From positions 5,010,001-5,042,000 of the forward strand of contig NC_010628.1 of NCBI RefSeq assembly GCF_000020025.1: a DNA stretch of 32,000 nt, given 5' to 3'. Positions within the stretch are counted from its first letter, which is position 1; the number at the start of each line of letters is the position of its first letter. Under the pieces are notes generated by a model. The model was not told the origin of the DNA and ran no database searches. It saw only the letters and a list, made by a program, of their open reading frames with translations. Made by a program: the position numbers and the translations under genes. This DNA is from Nostoc punctiforme PCC 73102 (GTDB lineage Bacteria; Cyanobacteriota; Cyanobacteriia; Cyanobacteriales; Nostocaceae). This document shows positions 15,841 to 23,380 of the stretch, in pieces.

Positions 15841-16000
15841 CGTTTCCTGACATCTCCGATCAATCTACTCACTAAGACAGATTTTATGAAGGCACAAAGC
15901 AAGATACACTCCGCGCAACTAGTTTCGTAAAGATTCAGTAAAGAAATTTTAAGAATTTGTTGAATTTATTGTTCATTTTGTATTTCTGTAAACCCACGCC

Positions 16001-16234
16001 ATGAATTATCCCATTCCAGACAGTCCCCAAGAAATTTTTGCCCTGCGACAACAGCCAATTGATGAAGAACTCGTTGCAGCTGCGATCGCTGGAGTCATTA
16101 AAATTGTCCGCGCTCAGGGTCAATCTTTGGAAGAATTAACCGCTCAGTTGCTAGCAGACGATCCAATGCTGGATCAGCAACAACGTCGCTGGTTGAGCCA
16201 ATTAGTTGTCCAATCCTGGGAAAAGTTCTCCTAA
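16001..16234 (+). CDS. Small hypothetical protein (77 aa)
   Basis: ATG-initiated ORF in an otherwise ORF-free gap, with non-repetitive, helical-looking sequence (…EELVAAAIAGVIKIVRAQGQSLEELTAQLLADDP…). No motif is recognised. Confidence 0.5.
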   Translation: MNYPIPDSPQEIFALRQQPIDEELVAAAIAGVIKIVRAQGQSLEELTAQLLADDPMLDQQQRRWLSQLVVQSWEKFS

Positions 16235-16582
16235 AACCTTGCATAATATAAAGAAAATTTTTGGCGCAGCATTAGATATTTAGGTTTGCAACTAAATATT
16301 GGGAATATTGGCGTTGGCTTTGCCCGCCGTAGGCATCGCATTTTAGGTATAAGAGTAACAATAATTGTCAGTATGGAATTGGCAATTGACTTGCTATTTT
16401 GGCATTCATGGCGCAGAAGCCACTAAATTAACCATATCAGCGTTTTACGTTGCTAAAGAATTTTACAACGTTCTGAAAGCGAAAGACCTCTGCTTTACAG
16501 CCTAAGTCTCTTTTCGGGTTCATCCTTATGCTTTTGATCGCCGCCTCGACACCTTAGCGGAATAAATCTTTTTGGCACATAG

Positions 16583-16606
16583 CTTAGTTAGCGATCGCTA
16601 ACTAAG
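16583..16606. repeat. Perfect 24-bp palindrome centred on HIP1
   Basis: cttagttagcgatcgctaactaag is its own reverse complement. Confidence 0.9.
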
Positions 16607-17024
16607 TGAGTAGAAATAAATACAACTATGTTACAAAAAGTAAATATATTTAAAACCCTTAGCAATTAAGAATAAAAAAGGAAAAACGACGACCTTAAAT
16701 AGTTAAGTTTATTTGTGCAGACTATCTACTACTATTTATGAACATTCTTTATTTAACATGAGACTCATGAGCAAAAAGATGAATTTGGAGTATTATGATA
16801 TCTCTTACTAACTATTCTTCTCTCTTCAAAACTATTTAGTAGAGAACAAAATCCAACAAACAATTAGTAAATATTTGCATTGCAAACCTTATATAGAAAG
16901 AATTAGCGGCTTTTATCTCAGGCGATTACTGTGAAATAGACCGTATTTCATCAAACTTAATATTCAATAAATATTCTTTAACAACGAGTGCAAAAATCAT
17001 TTTTCCTGAAATCATTTATAAAGG

Positions 17025-17030
17025 TATAAT
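17025..17030 (+). promoter_or_regulatory. Candidate -10 box for the nucleotidyltransferase gene
   Basis: TATAAT lies 26 nt upstream of ATG 17056, with AGGAA at 17045-17049 as a possible RBS. The -35 region (tttcct) is poor. Confidence 0.3.
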
Positions 17031-17055
17031 CACAAAATAAAATCAGGAATAAACT

Positions 17056-18381
17056 ATGACAAAAGCACAGGATAAAACTCTAGATGCACGTAACCGCATC
17101 GTTGAATCAGCTAATCGTTTAGGGGTTCAACTCAATGAGCTAGAATTGGAACGCTGGATGAATTCCATTACTGAGGCGACAGGCGACAGCGATATTGTGG
17201 TGGATAAAGACACAGGTGTCTTTGGACACAAAGTCACCATGTTGGATTTCGACCCGCAACAGCTGGCACGGTTTCGCGCCATTGGCAAAATCGTAGAATT
17301 TGACGACATCCCTGGTGTTGTGGAAACGGCATTGGCGCTCTCTGGTTCAGCGGCTCAATCCAAGATTCAAACTTACCCTGGAGACTGTGACTATTTCGAG
17401 CGAGTGAATATCATTGCACCCACCCGCACCGAAGCCTGCGAGATTCTTGCTAAAATAATGCGCGAGAAGGCGCTCAACAGCTTGTCCGGTTCAAATTACC
17501 AGTTAATTGAGTTGAAATTTGGTAGTTATCCCCAAGAGGTGATTCGGGGAGAACAGACCATGCGAGCAGGTTCACCAATTAGTTGGCTACCCAATGATAT
17601 TGCTGCTGGTCAGATCGAAGCAATCGATGAAAAAGGAAATCCTGTAGTTATTAAGTGGGATTCTATAGCACAAGACCCAGGTTGGTGCAAGCTAGATTGG
17701 GTGATTGCCGACGCGGTACGCGGTCAGTTGTCCAATGCCAGTAATATGTTGGATGTCACCTGGGAAGCACCAGATGGTGTCATCACTCCACTAGACGGCT
17801 ATCTGGACGGCTATTTCCAGGAAGTTTACTTGGATGCTGAATCAGCCCCAATTTTTTCCAAGCTGGTGAAGCAGGTCTCCACTGATGTCATGGATGATTA
17901 TGTGGCGCAATTGGAAAAGGAAGTCAAGAAATGTGTTAAGGGCGAGAAACTCAACTACGGCAAAGCAGCCAAGCGCCTGTACAACATCTTCCGACTGAAC
18001 GGGCGTTATGAAGAAGCAGCTTTTTTGCGTGAGTTGTTCGATGAACCCGCGGCACTCCTCTATCAAGTCCATGCCCTAGTGCGAACTGTCCAAGAAGCTA
18101 GGGACAAGAGTAGTGTCTTTGATATCGAGAGCATTCTTAATCAGACGGATGAACTGATCGTCTCGGTCGTCAAGGTCTTGGAGGGTGAAGAGGAGTTAGA
18201 AATCGTGCGTCATTTGCTACGCTTATATCGTAGTTTGTGCCGCCAAGAATCTGGCACTCCCCTTGGTTCCGAAGTAGAAATAGCCCAGGCGGAAGTGATG
18301 AAAATAGTCAACAATTTCTTCTATGAGAAGATGACGGCGTTACCTACCATTAAGGCTTACATCGAAGGTACTCAGGTATAG
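17056..18381 (+). CDS. Pol-beta superfamily nucleotidyltransferase-fold protein with C-terminal helical domain (function unknown)
   Basis: 441-aa ORF. It carries the signature hG[GS]x9-13DxD as ALALSGSAAQSKIQTYPGDCDYF (G97-S98, D110, D112; nt 17344-17391). A candidate third carboxylate strand is CKLDWVIAD (D214). The C-terminal ~150 aa are helical. Confidence 0.75.
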   Translation: MTKAQDKTLDARNRIVESANRLGVQLNELELERWMNSITEATGDSDIVVDKDTGVFGHKVTMLDFDPQQLARFRAIGKIVEFDDIPGVVETALALSGSAAQSKIQTYPGDCDYFERVNIIAPTRTEACEILAKIMREKALNSLSGSNYQLIELKFGSYPQEVIRGEQTMRAGSPISWLPNDIAAGQIEAIDEKGNPVVIKWDSIAQDPGWCKLDWVIADAVRGQLSNASNMLDVTWEAPDGVITPLDGYLDGYFQEVYLDAESAPIFSKLVKQVSTDVMDDYVAQLEKEVKKCVKGEKLNYGKAAKRLYNIFRLNGRYEEAAFLRELFDEPAALLYQVHALVRTVQEARDKSSVFDIESILNQTDELIVSVVKVLEGEEELEIVRHLLRLYRSLCRQESGTPLGSEVEIAQAEVMKIVNNFFYEKMTALPTIKAYIEGTQV

Positions 18382-18413
18382 AGCAAGATGCTCGGTTTCT
18401 CAAAGCAGTAAGG

Positions 18414-18456
18414 GATTTCCGATAACAATGATCGGGCTTCGTCGTTATCGGAAATC
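18414..18456 (+). terminator. 13-bp perfect stem-loop after the nucleotidyltransferase gene
   Basis: gatttccgataac - 17-nt loop - gttatcggaaatc, starting 33 nt after the TAG stop (18379-18381). It lies between convergent genes. Confidence 0.45.
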
Positions 18457-18472
18457 TGTTACAAAATCTTAT
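18433..18472. repeat. Direct repeat copy 1 (3' side of the exonuclease gene)
   Basis: cgggcttcgtcgttatcggaaatctgttacaaaatcttat. A 20-nt identical core, ttcgtcgttatcggaaatct (18438-18457), also occurs at 19131-19150. Confidence 0.8.
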
Positions 18473-18497
18473 AAGTGCGATCGCATAGCTATCTTAC

Positions 18498-19055
18498 TTA
18501 ACGCTGTAGATTCGCTTGCAAAAGATTACAGAATAACTTTCCTTGCTGAATGGCATCATCCAAGGCAATGTGAGCCAATGGAAGATTTTCTAACCATGCA
18601 GCAGGTAGATTATCCTTTCCAGATTCGTTGTAGCTTTGTTTTAAGAATGCCATCGCATAGGAACGGATATCCAATGCCGAAAATTTAAAGGGGCTATCGC
18701 CCACAAAATTTATCAAGTACCAGTAGACAAACATAAAGTCATAGGCGGCTGGATAGCCAACAAAGATCGGTTTTCCTGGTAAAGCTACAAGCCAGGAGTG
18801 GTAAGACTTCATGACTTCTACAGGGGGCTGGGGGTCGGCTCTACTAGCTGCCCAAGCATCTGGTTGTTCTGCCCACCATTTCATAGTTTTGGGATGTCCT
18901 TGGGCTCCTGGCAAGGTTTCTAAATTAGCTGTAAAAGTCCCAACCAATTGTTTGTCTGCGGTATACGCAGCTGAGGCAAGACTAAGCATAGAATGGGGCC
19001 CAGGGATAGGGCCATCCGCTTCTATATCAGTGCTGACGTAGATTTCGATTGTCAC
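18498..19055 (-). CDS. DEDDh-type 3'-5' exonuclease (Rv2179c-like small exoribonuclease family)
   Basis: 185-aa ORF with Exo [10 protein letters not shown], Exo [15 protein letters not shown] and Exo [13 protein letters not shown] (H-x4-D). Confidence 0.85.
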   Translation of the reverse strand: MTIEIYVSTDIEADGPIPGPHSMLSLASAAYTADKQLVGTFTANLETLPGAQGHPKTMKWWAEQPDAWAASRADPQPPVEVMKSYHSWLVALPGKPIFVGYPAAYDFMFVYWYLINFVGDSPFKFSALDIRSYAMAFLKQSYNESGKDNLPAAWLENLPLAHIALDDAIQQGKLFCNLLQANLQR

Positions 19056-19124
19056 CTTTTATCCTGCCTGTCTTTTATCAGTATGTTTCTGCGTTGATGA
19101 CTATTGCCTGATTTTAGCAATACA

Positions 19125-19165
19125 CGGGTTTTCGTCGTTATCGGAAATCTATGACAAAATCTCAC
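19125..19165. repeat. Direct repeat copy 2 (5' side of the exonuclease gene)
   Basis: cgggttttcgtcgttatcggaaatctatgacaaaatctcac is ~85% identical to copy 1 and lies 70 nt upstream of the exonuclease start codon. Confidence 0.8.
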
Positions 19166-19292
19166 AGATGCAACCAAGTACAGCACTTCTGATTAACAAA
19201 CCGCCTTCTCTGTGAAAGGCTTCTACTTTCAGAGACGCTAACGCGTAACTCTTACTCTGTGGGAAGGTGAAACGCCTATGCGCTAAAAAAAA

Positions 19293-21047
19293 TTACATTC
19301 TCTCCAACACCTGAATTCCCAACAAAGATAATCCCAACTTCAAAGTTCTAGCAGTCAAATCACATAAAACCAACCGAGATGTTCGCTGCGGTTCCTCGGC
19401 TTGTAGTATGGAACAGCGATCGTAGAATTGGTTAAACTTCTGACTCAGTTCAAACAAATACTCACATAAACGATTGGGTAGCAAGTCTTGCTCTACACTA
19501 CTAATAACTTCATCCAGTTGAAGTAAATATTTTGCCAGTGCTAATTCTGTTTCATGCTGCAACAAAACGGCATTATTTCCCAACTCTTTAAAATTAATAT
19601 CACCCTTGCGGCTAATCCCATGAATCCGCGCATAAACATATAGCATATAAGGCGCAGTATTACCTTTGAGATCCAGCATTTTGTCGTAGCTGAAGATGTA
19701 GTTACTGGTGCGATTTTGGCTTAAGTCTGCATACTTAACTGCACTAATTCCAACTACCCTAGCAACTTCATTAATAAATTCTTCAGTTTCTTGACGTTCT
19801 TCTTTTTGTAATCTAGTTTTTAGGTCAGCATGGGCATGAGAAACAGCTTCATCTAATAAATCCCGCAACCGCACAGTATCCCCAGAACGAGTTTTAAATT
19901 TCTTCCCATCTTCTCCTAACACTAACCCAAAGGGAACATGCACTAATTCCACATCATCGGGAATCCAGCCAGCTTTGCGTGCTACTTGGAAAAATTGGGC
20001 AAAGTGGTTTCCTTGTCCAGCATCTGTTACATAAATTATTCGCTTTGCTTGATCCTGCTGAATCCGGTAGCGGAGGGATGCTAAATCTGTCGTGGCGTAG
20101 TTATAGCCGCCATCTGATTTCTGCACAATTAAAGGTAAAGGTTCACCTTCTCTATTTGTAAACCCTTCTAAGAAAACGCATTTTGCGCCCTGGTTTTCTA
20201 CCAGTAATCCCGATTTTTCTAAGTCTTCCACAATACCAGATAATAAAGGGTTGTAGAAAGATTCACCGCGTTCGGTTAACTTGATATCCAGCAATTCATA
20301 AATTACTTGAAACTCTCGCCGTGATTGTTCGCACAACAGTTTCCAAGCATGAAGTGTATCTTCTGCACCTGCTTGTAATCTGACAACTTCTTGGCGTGCT
20401 GTTTCTTGAAAAGCTGTATCTGTATCAAAGCGTTGTTTGGCTTTGCGGTAAAAAGAAACTAAATCACCAATATCTAAAGCATTAGCGGTGGTAAGCGCAT
20501 CTGGGTAAACTTCCCGCAGATAGGCGATTAACATTCCAAACTGTGTACCCCAATCACCGACATGATTTAACCGCAGCACATCGTGTCCTTGAAATTCTAA
20601 AATCCGGGCGATAGAATCACCAATAATGGTAGAACGCAGGTGTCCAACGTGCATTTCTTTGGCAATATTCGGACTGGAAAAATCCACATTTTCCCGCTTC
20701 GGCGTTTTCGCGGCTGGAACTCCTAACCGGGGATCAGCTTGAATATCGTTCAGTTGTGCTTCTAGATATGCCGTTTTCAGTTTCAGATTGATGAACCCTG
20801 GCCCAGCAATTTCCGGTGGTTCGCAGATTTCGGATACATCTAGTTTCTCAACGATCGCCCCTGCGATCGCTCTTGGTTGCTTGCCTAACTTTTTACTTAG
20901 GGATAAAGCCACATTCGCCTGATAATCACCAAATTTAGGATTACTGGCAGAAACCAAAATTGGATCTACTCCCGCGAAGTCAGCCCCAAAAGCTGCGACT
21001 AAAGCCTGTTCAAGCTGAACTTTTAGTTTTTCTTGTGTAGCGTTCAT
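19293..21047 (-). CDS. argS: Arginine--tRNA ligase
   Basis: 584-aa ORF. It has the class I HIGH motif ([14 protein letters not shown]), a [10 protein letters not shown] block (the MSTR/KMSK-equivalent), and the typical ArgRS N-terminal and anticodon-binding regions ending in ...GIQVLERM. Confidence 0.97.
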   Translation of the reverse strand: MNATQEKLKVQLEQALVAAFGADFAGVDPILVSASNPKFGDYQANVALSLSKKLGKQPRAIAGAIVEKLDVSEICEPPEIAGPGFINLKLKTAYLEAQLNDIQADPRLGVPAAKTPKRENVDFSSPNIAKEMHVGHLRSTIIGDSIARILEFQGHDVLRLNHVGDWGTQFGMLIAYLREVYPDALTTANALDIGDLVSFYRKAKQRFDTDTAFQETARQEVVRLQAGAEDTLHAWKLLCEQSRREFQVIYELLDIKLTERGESFYNPLLSGIVEDLEKSGLLVENQGAKCVFLEGFTNREGEPLPLIVQKSDGGYNYATTDLASLRYRIQQDQAKRIIYVTDAGQGNHFAQFFQVARKAGWIPDDVELVHVPFGLVLGEDGKKFKTRSGDTVRLRDLLDEAVSHAHADLKTRLQKEERQETEEFINEVARVVGISAVKYADLSQNRTSNYIFSYDKMLDLKGNTAPYMLYVYARIHGISRKGDINFKELGNNAVLLQHETELALAKYLLQLDEVISSVEQDLLPNRLCEYLFELSQKFNQFYDRCSILQAEEPQRTSRLVLCDLTARTLKLGLSLLGIQVLERM

Positions 21048-21242
21048 ATATAAATTTTATCTGGGAGAGAGAGAATGTAGCTCTGGAAAAGCTTGATTAT
21101 TAACTTTAGCATTTCATTTTGAGCCACTCGATTCATGAGGCGATCGCTCACTACCACAAATAGGAAATCTTATTGACTTTTGACTTCTCAATTAGCGACT
21201 CTATCTGTAACAGAAATTTTCCCTGTAGAGATAAGTAGTAAC

Positions 21243-21425
21243 ATGAAAGTACGTGATGCGATCGAGCGAGTGGAAGCTGATGGTTGGTATCTTGATAGAA
21301 CTAAAGATAGTCATCAACAGTTCAAGCATCCTGATAAACCAGGTTTAGTTACAGTTCCAGGTAAATTCTCTGACGACTTAGCCCCTGGTACTCTCAGTAG
21401 TATTTGGAGGCAAGCACAATTATAA
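21243..21425 (+). CDS. hicA: Type II toxin HicA (mRNA interferase)
   Basis: 60-aa product MKVRDAIERVEADGWYLDRTKDSHQQFKHPDKPGLVTVPGK... is typical HicA. The longer TTG-initiated ORF from 21180 is unlikely. Confidence 0.85.
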   Translation: MKVRDAIERVEADGWYLDRTKDSHQQFKHPDKPGLVTVPGKFSDDLAPGTLSSIWRQAQL

Positions 21426-21436
21426 GGAGAACGGCA

Positions 21437-21661
21437 ATGCATTACGTAGTGGTGATTGAAAAGGCGGATAGTAATTACTCTGCTTATGTGCCTGATTTAC
21501 CAGGTTGTGTAACTACAGGTGCAACCTTAGAAGAAGTCAAGCAGATGATTGCAGAAGCTATTGAATTTCATATAGAAGGAATGCTAGAAGATGGTTTACC
21601 TATTCCTAAACCTACAAGCATCGCTCATGAGGTTGAAGTTGCAAACTACAGCAAAACATAA
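21437..21661 (+). CDS. hicB: Type II antitoxin HicB (UPF0150 fold, short form)
   Basis: MHYVVVIEKADSNYSAYVPDLPGCVTTGATLEEVKQMIAEAIEFHIEGMLEDGLPIP. AAGGAG lies 7 nt upstream of ATG 21437. The gene starts 11 nt after the hicA stop. Confidence 0.85.
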   Translation: MHYVVVIEKADSNYSAYVPDLPGCVTTGATLEEVKQMIAEAIEFHIEGMLEDGLPIPKPTSIAHEVEVANYSKT

Positions 21662-21754
21662 TTATAGAAAACCACTAAATTAGCTCTAAACAATCCTTCT
21701 AGAATATTTTAAGTCTCTGTGAGAATGCGATCGCACCGCACTTTTAGATTACAC

Positions 21755-21797
21755 AATTAATTCACTGTGTAACTGCAAGCCACACAGTGAATTAATT
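21755..21797. terminator. Bidirectional stem-loop between convergent hicB and murD
   Basis: Perfect 16-bp stem aattaattcactgtgt (21755-21770) / acacagtgaattaatt (21782-21797) with an 11-nt loop. The right arm abuts the murD stop codon. Confidence 0.5.
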
Positions 21798-23295
21798 ATA
21801 GAGAAGATGAAAGCATCAAGTTGTGTTGAAGCTTTCCTCCTGCCGCCCAAGCAAGGCACAACTCACGAAAACGATCGCCGCGCACCTCAAAATTTGGGTA
21901 CTGATCGAAACTCGCACAGGCTGGAGATAGCAACACCACAGGCGCTTGATACTCCTTGGCTAATTCCGCCGATCTGGGAACTGCCCTTTCCATAGTTTCC
22001 ACAATTTCGTAAGAATAATACCCCACTTCTTGCAGGCGTTGAGCAAATGCGGGTGCAGCAGAGCCAATCAATAATACAGCAGCAGCTTTGGTTTGGATTT
22101 GTGCTAGCCAGCCAGTATCATCTCCTGCTTTGGCTTCTCCACCAGCAATTAAAATCGCTGGACTTTTCACAGATGCTAAACCAACTTCGGCCGCATCGTA
22201 GTTGGTGGCTTTGCTGTCGTTGATGAAATCAATACCTTCCCAAGTGCAGATATGCTCCAAACGATGAGGAACGCCGGGGAATTCCTGAATCGCACGTGCG
22301 ATCGCATCACGATTAATTCCCGCTAATCGTGCCGTTGCTACTGCCATCAAGAGATTTTGCTGATTATGTTCTCCCACCATCCGCAAAGTAGATACTTTCA
22401 CAATCGGTTCTGGTGCTGAGGTTGCAGTCAATTTTTCCACAACCCAGCCGTTCTCGATGTAAAAGCCTTTTTCGCTAATCAGGAAATCTTTTCCTTTGAC
22501 ACTTGTCCAATAGGCATTAGGCCAAGCACTTAAACCTAACTGGCTCAAATAGGCATCATCGCCATTGAACACTTGCAACTCTGACTGACGCAACAGCTTT
22601 GCTTTGATGTTGTAATAGTTCTCTAAAGTCTTATGCCGACTCAGATGATCCGGTGTAAAAGTCGTCCAAACACCGATACGGGGTGCAAGAGAACTGGAAG
22701 ATTCTATTTGATAGCTGCTAACCTCCGCAATCACCCAATCGAGCGAGGGGGATGAGGAAGAATTTACTTCCCTATCTCCCCCTGCTCCCTGCTCCCTGCC
22801 CCCTGCCCCTCTCCCGCTCCAAGAAAGGGCAACTTCACAAGCGGCGTAGCCAATGTTACCGCAGGCGGGCGCGTCTAATTCTGCTGCTTGAAAAATGGCA
22901 GCAATTAAAGCTGTGGTAGTAGTTTTACCGTTAGTACCTGTAATTCCTACCCAAGGTAGCGATGCCTGCGGCTGGCTGCGCCAACGCAAATTTCGCCAAG
23001 CGAGTTCCATTTCCCCAATGGTTTCAATACCTAATTGGCGTGCCTTGATTAATACGGGAATATCCCAAGGCACGCCAGGACTAACAACTATTAATTGGGG
23101 TAAATTATCACCATTTAATTCTAGGGATTGGCCTAGTTTAACGGTTATTTGCTCGGCAGCGAGTTCTTGTTGTTGTTGTAGGAGGGTTTTGGAGGTGTTG
23201 CCATCACTCAGCTCTACCTCCCAACCTTCCCGTTTCAACAATCTCGCCGCAGCAACACCGGACTTTCCCAATCCAATAACATGAGCTTTGGACAT
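21796..23295 (-). CDS. murD: UDP-N-acetylmuramoyl-L-alanine--D-glutamate ligase
   Basis: N-terminal [17 protein letters not shown]-loop [16 protein letters not shown] and EVSSYQIE blocks, and C-terminal domain RLE...[12 protein letters not shown] 23295 is preferred over TTG 23304. Confidence 0.95.
   Translation of the reverse strand: MSKAHVIGLGKSGVAAARLLKREGWEVELSDGNTSKTLLQQQQELAAEQITVKLGQSLELNGDNLPQLIVVSPGVPWDIPVLIKARQLGIETIGEMELAWRNLRWRSQPQASLPWVGITGTNGKTTTTALIAAIFQAAELDAPACGNIGYAACEVALSWSGRGAGGREQGAGGDREVNSSSSPSLDWVIAEVSSYQIESSSSLAPRIGVWTTFTPDHLSRHKTLENYYNIKAKLLRQSELQVFNGDDAYLSQLGLSAWPNAYWTSVKGKDFLISEKGFYIENGWVVEKLTATSAPEPIVKVSTLRMVGEHNQQNLLMAVATARLAGINRDAIARAIQEFPGVPHRLEHICTWEGIDFINDSKATNYDAAEVGLASVKSPAILIAGGEAKAGDDTGWLAQIQTKAAAVLLIGSAAPAFAQRLQEVGYYSYEIVETMERAVPRSAELAKEYQAPVVLLSPACASFDQYPNFEVRGDRFRELCLAWAAGGKLQHNLMLSSSL
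22747..22818 (-). repeat. G-tract hairpin element, copy e, inside murD and in frame
   Basis: Sense strand: agcgggagaggggcagggggcagggagcagggagcagggggagatagggaagtaaattcttcctcatcccc. It is translated as [24 protein letters not shown], between the GNIG block and the SSYQIE strand. Confidence 0.8.
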
Positions 23296-23380
23296 AGATT
23301 GCAAGCAGAGTGTCCCTGGTTAAGCACTCCCTATAGTAGCGTCTATTGGCAAAAATTACACAACTTTTTGTTGACTTACG

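Noticed and set aside
16380-16560. Possible tRNA or other structured RNA gene in the intergenic regions 1480-1980, 6700-7058, 16240-16600 and 28560-29600
   Set aside because: I could not find a cloverleaf-compatible arrangement (acceptor stem, GTTC-type T-loop, appropriate spacing). The conspicuous GC-rich patches are dispersed-repeat copies. A tRNAscan/Infernal run would be needed to exclude ncRNAs fully.
17056-19055. Calling the nucleotidyltransferase plus exonuclease pair a CBASS (CD-NTase plus effector) operon
   Set aside because: Only the generic GS...DxD...D signature is visible, and it is shared by many NTase families. The two genes are convergent and so not co-transcribed. No recognisable CBASS effector or Cap2/Cap3/HORMA/TRIP13 genes are nearby. 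I keep it as an open hypothesis, not a call.
17056-19055. Base composition and HIP1 absence as proof of horizontal acquisition of the 17-19 kb locus
   Set aside because: My spot GC counts overlap values from clearly native genes such as the oxidoreductase at 14.3-14.7 kb. HIP1-free stretches of 1.5-2 kb also occur elsewhere, for example at 11.9-13.5 kb. This is suggestive only, so I report it as weak supporting evidence rather than a finding.
21180-21242. Longer hicA start (TTG 21180) and longer hicB start (21404)
   Set aside because: The extra N-terminal residues are not HicA/HicB-like. The internal ATGs at 21243 and 21437 give canonical-length proteins, and the latter has a good AAGGAG RBS.
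22747-22818. Intein or group I/II intron interrupting murD, and likewise the oxidoreductase at 15224-15322
   Set aside because: The inserts are only ~24-33 codons, far too short for an intein or intron. They lack splice-junction or intein block motifs and are clearly related to intergenic repeat copies.
22895-23284. 129-aa plus-strand ORF antisense to murD, and similar internal ORFs in glyS, argS, the desulfurase gene, the oxidase gene and the RND pump (e.g. 23530..23736, 25063..25299, 19979..20161, 9748..10044, 8089..8349, 31525..31848)
   Set aside because: All lie wholly within strongly supported CDSs on the other strand or in another frame, and their products have no recognisable features.
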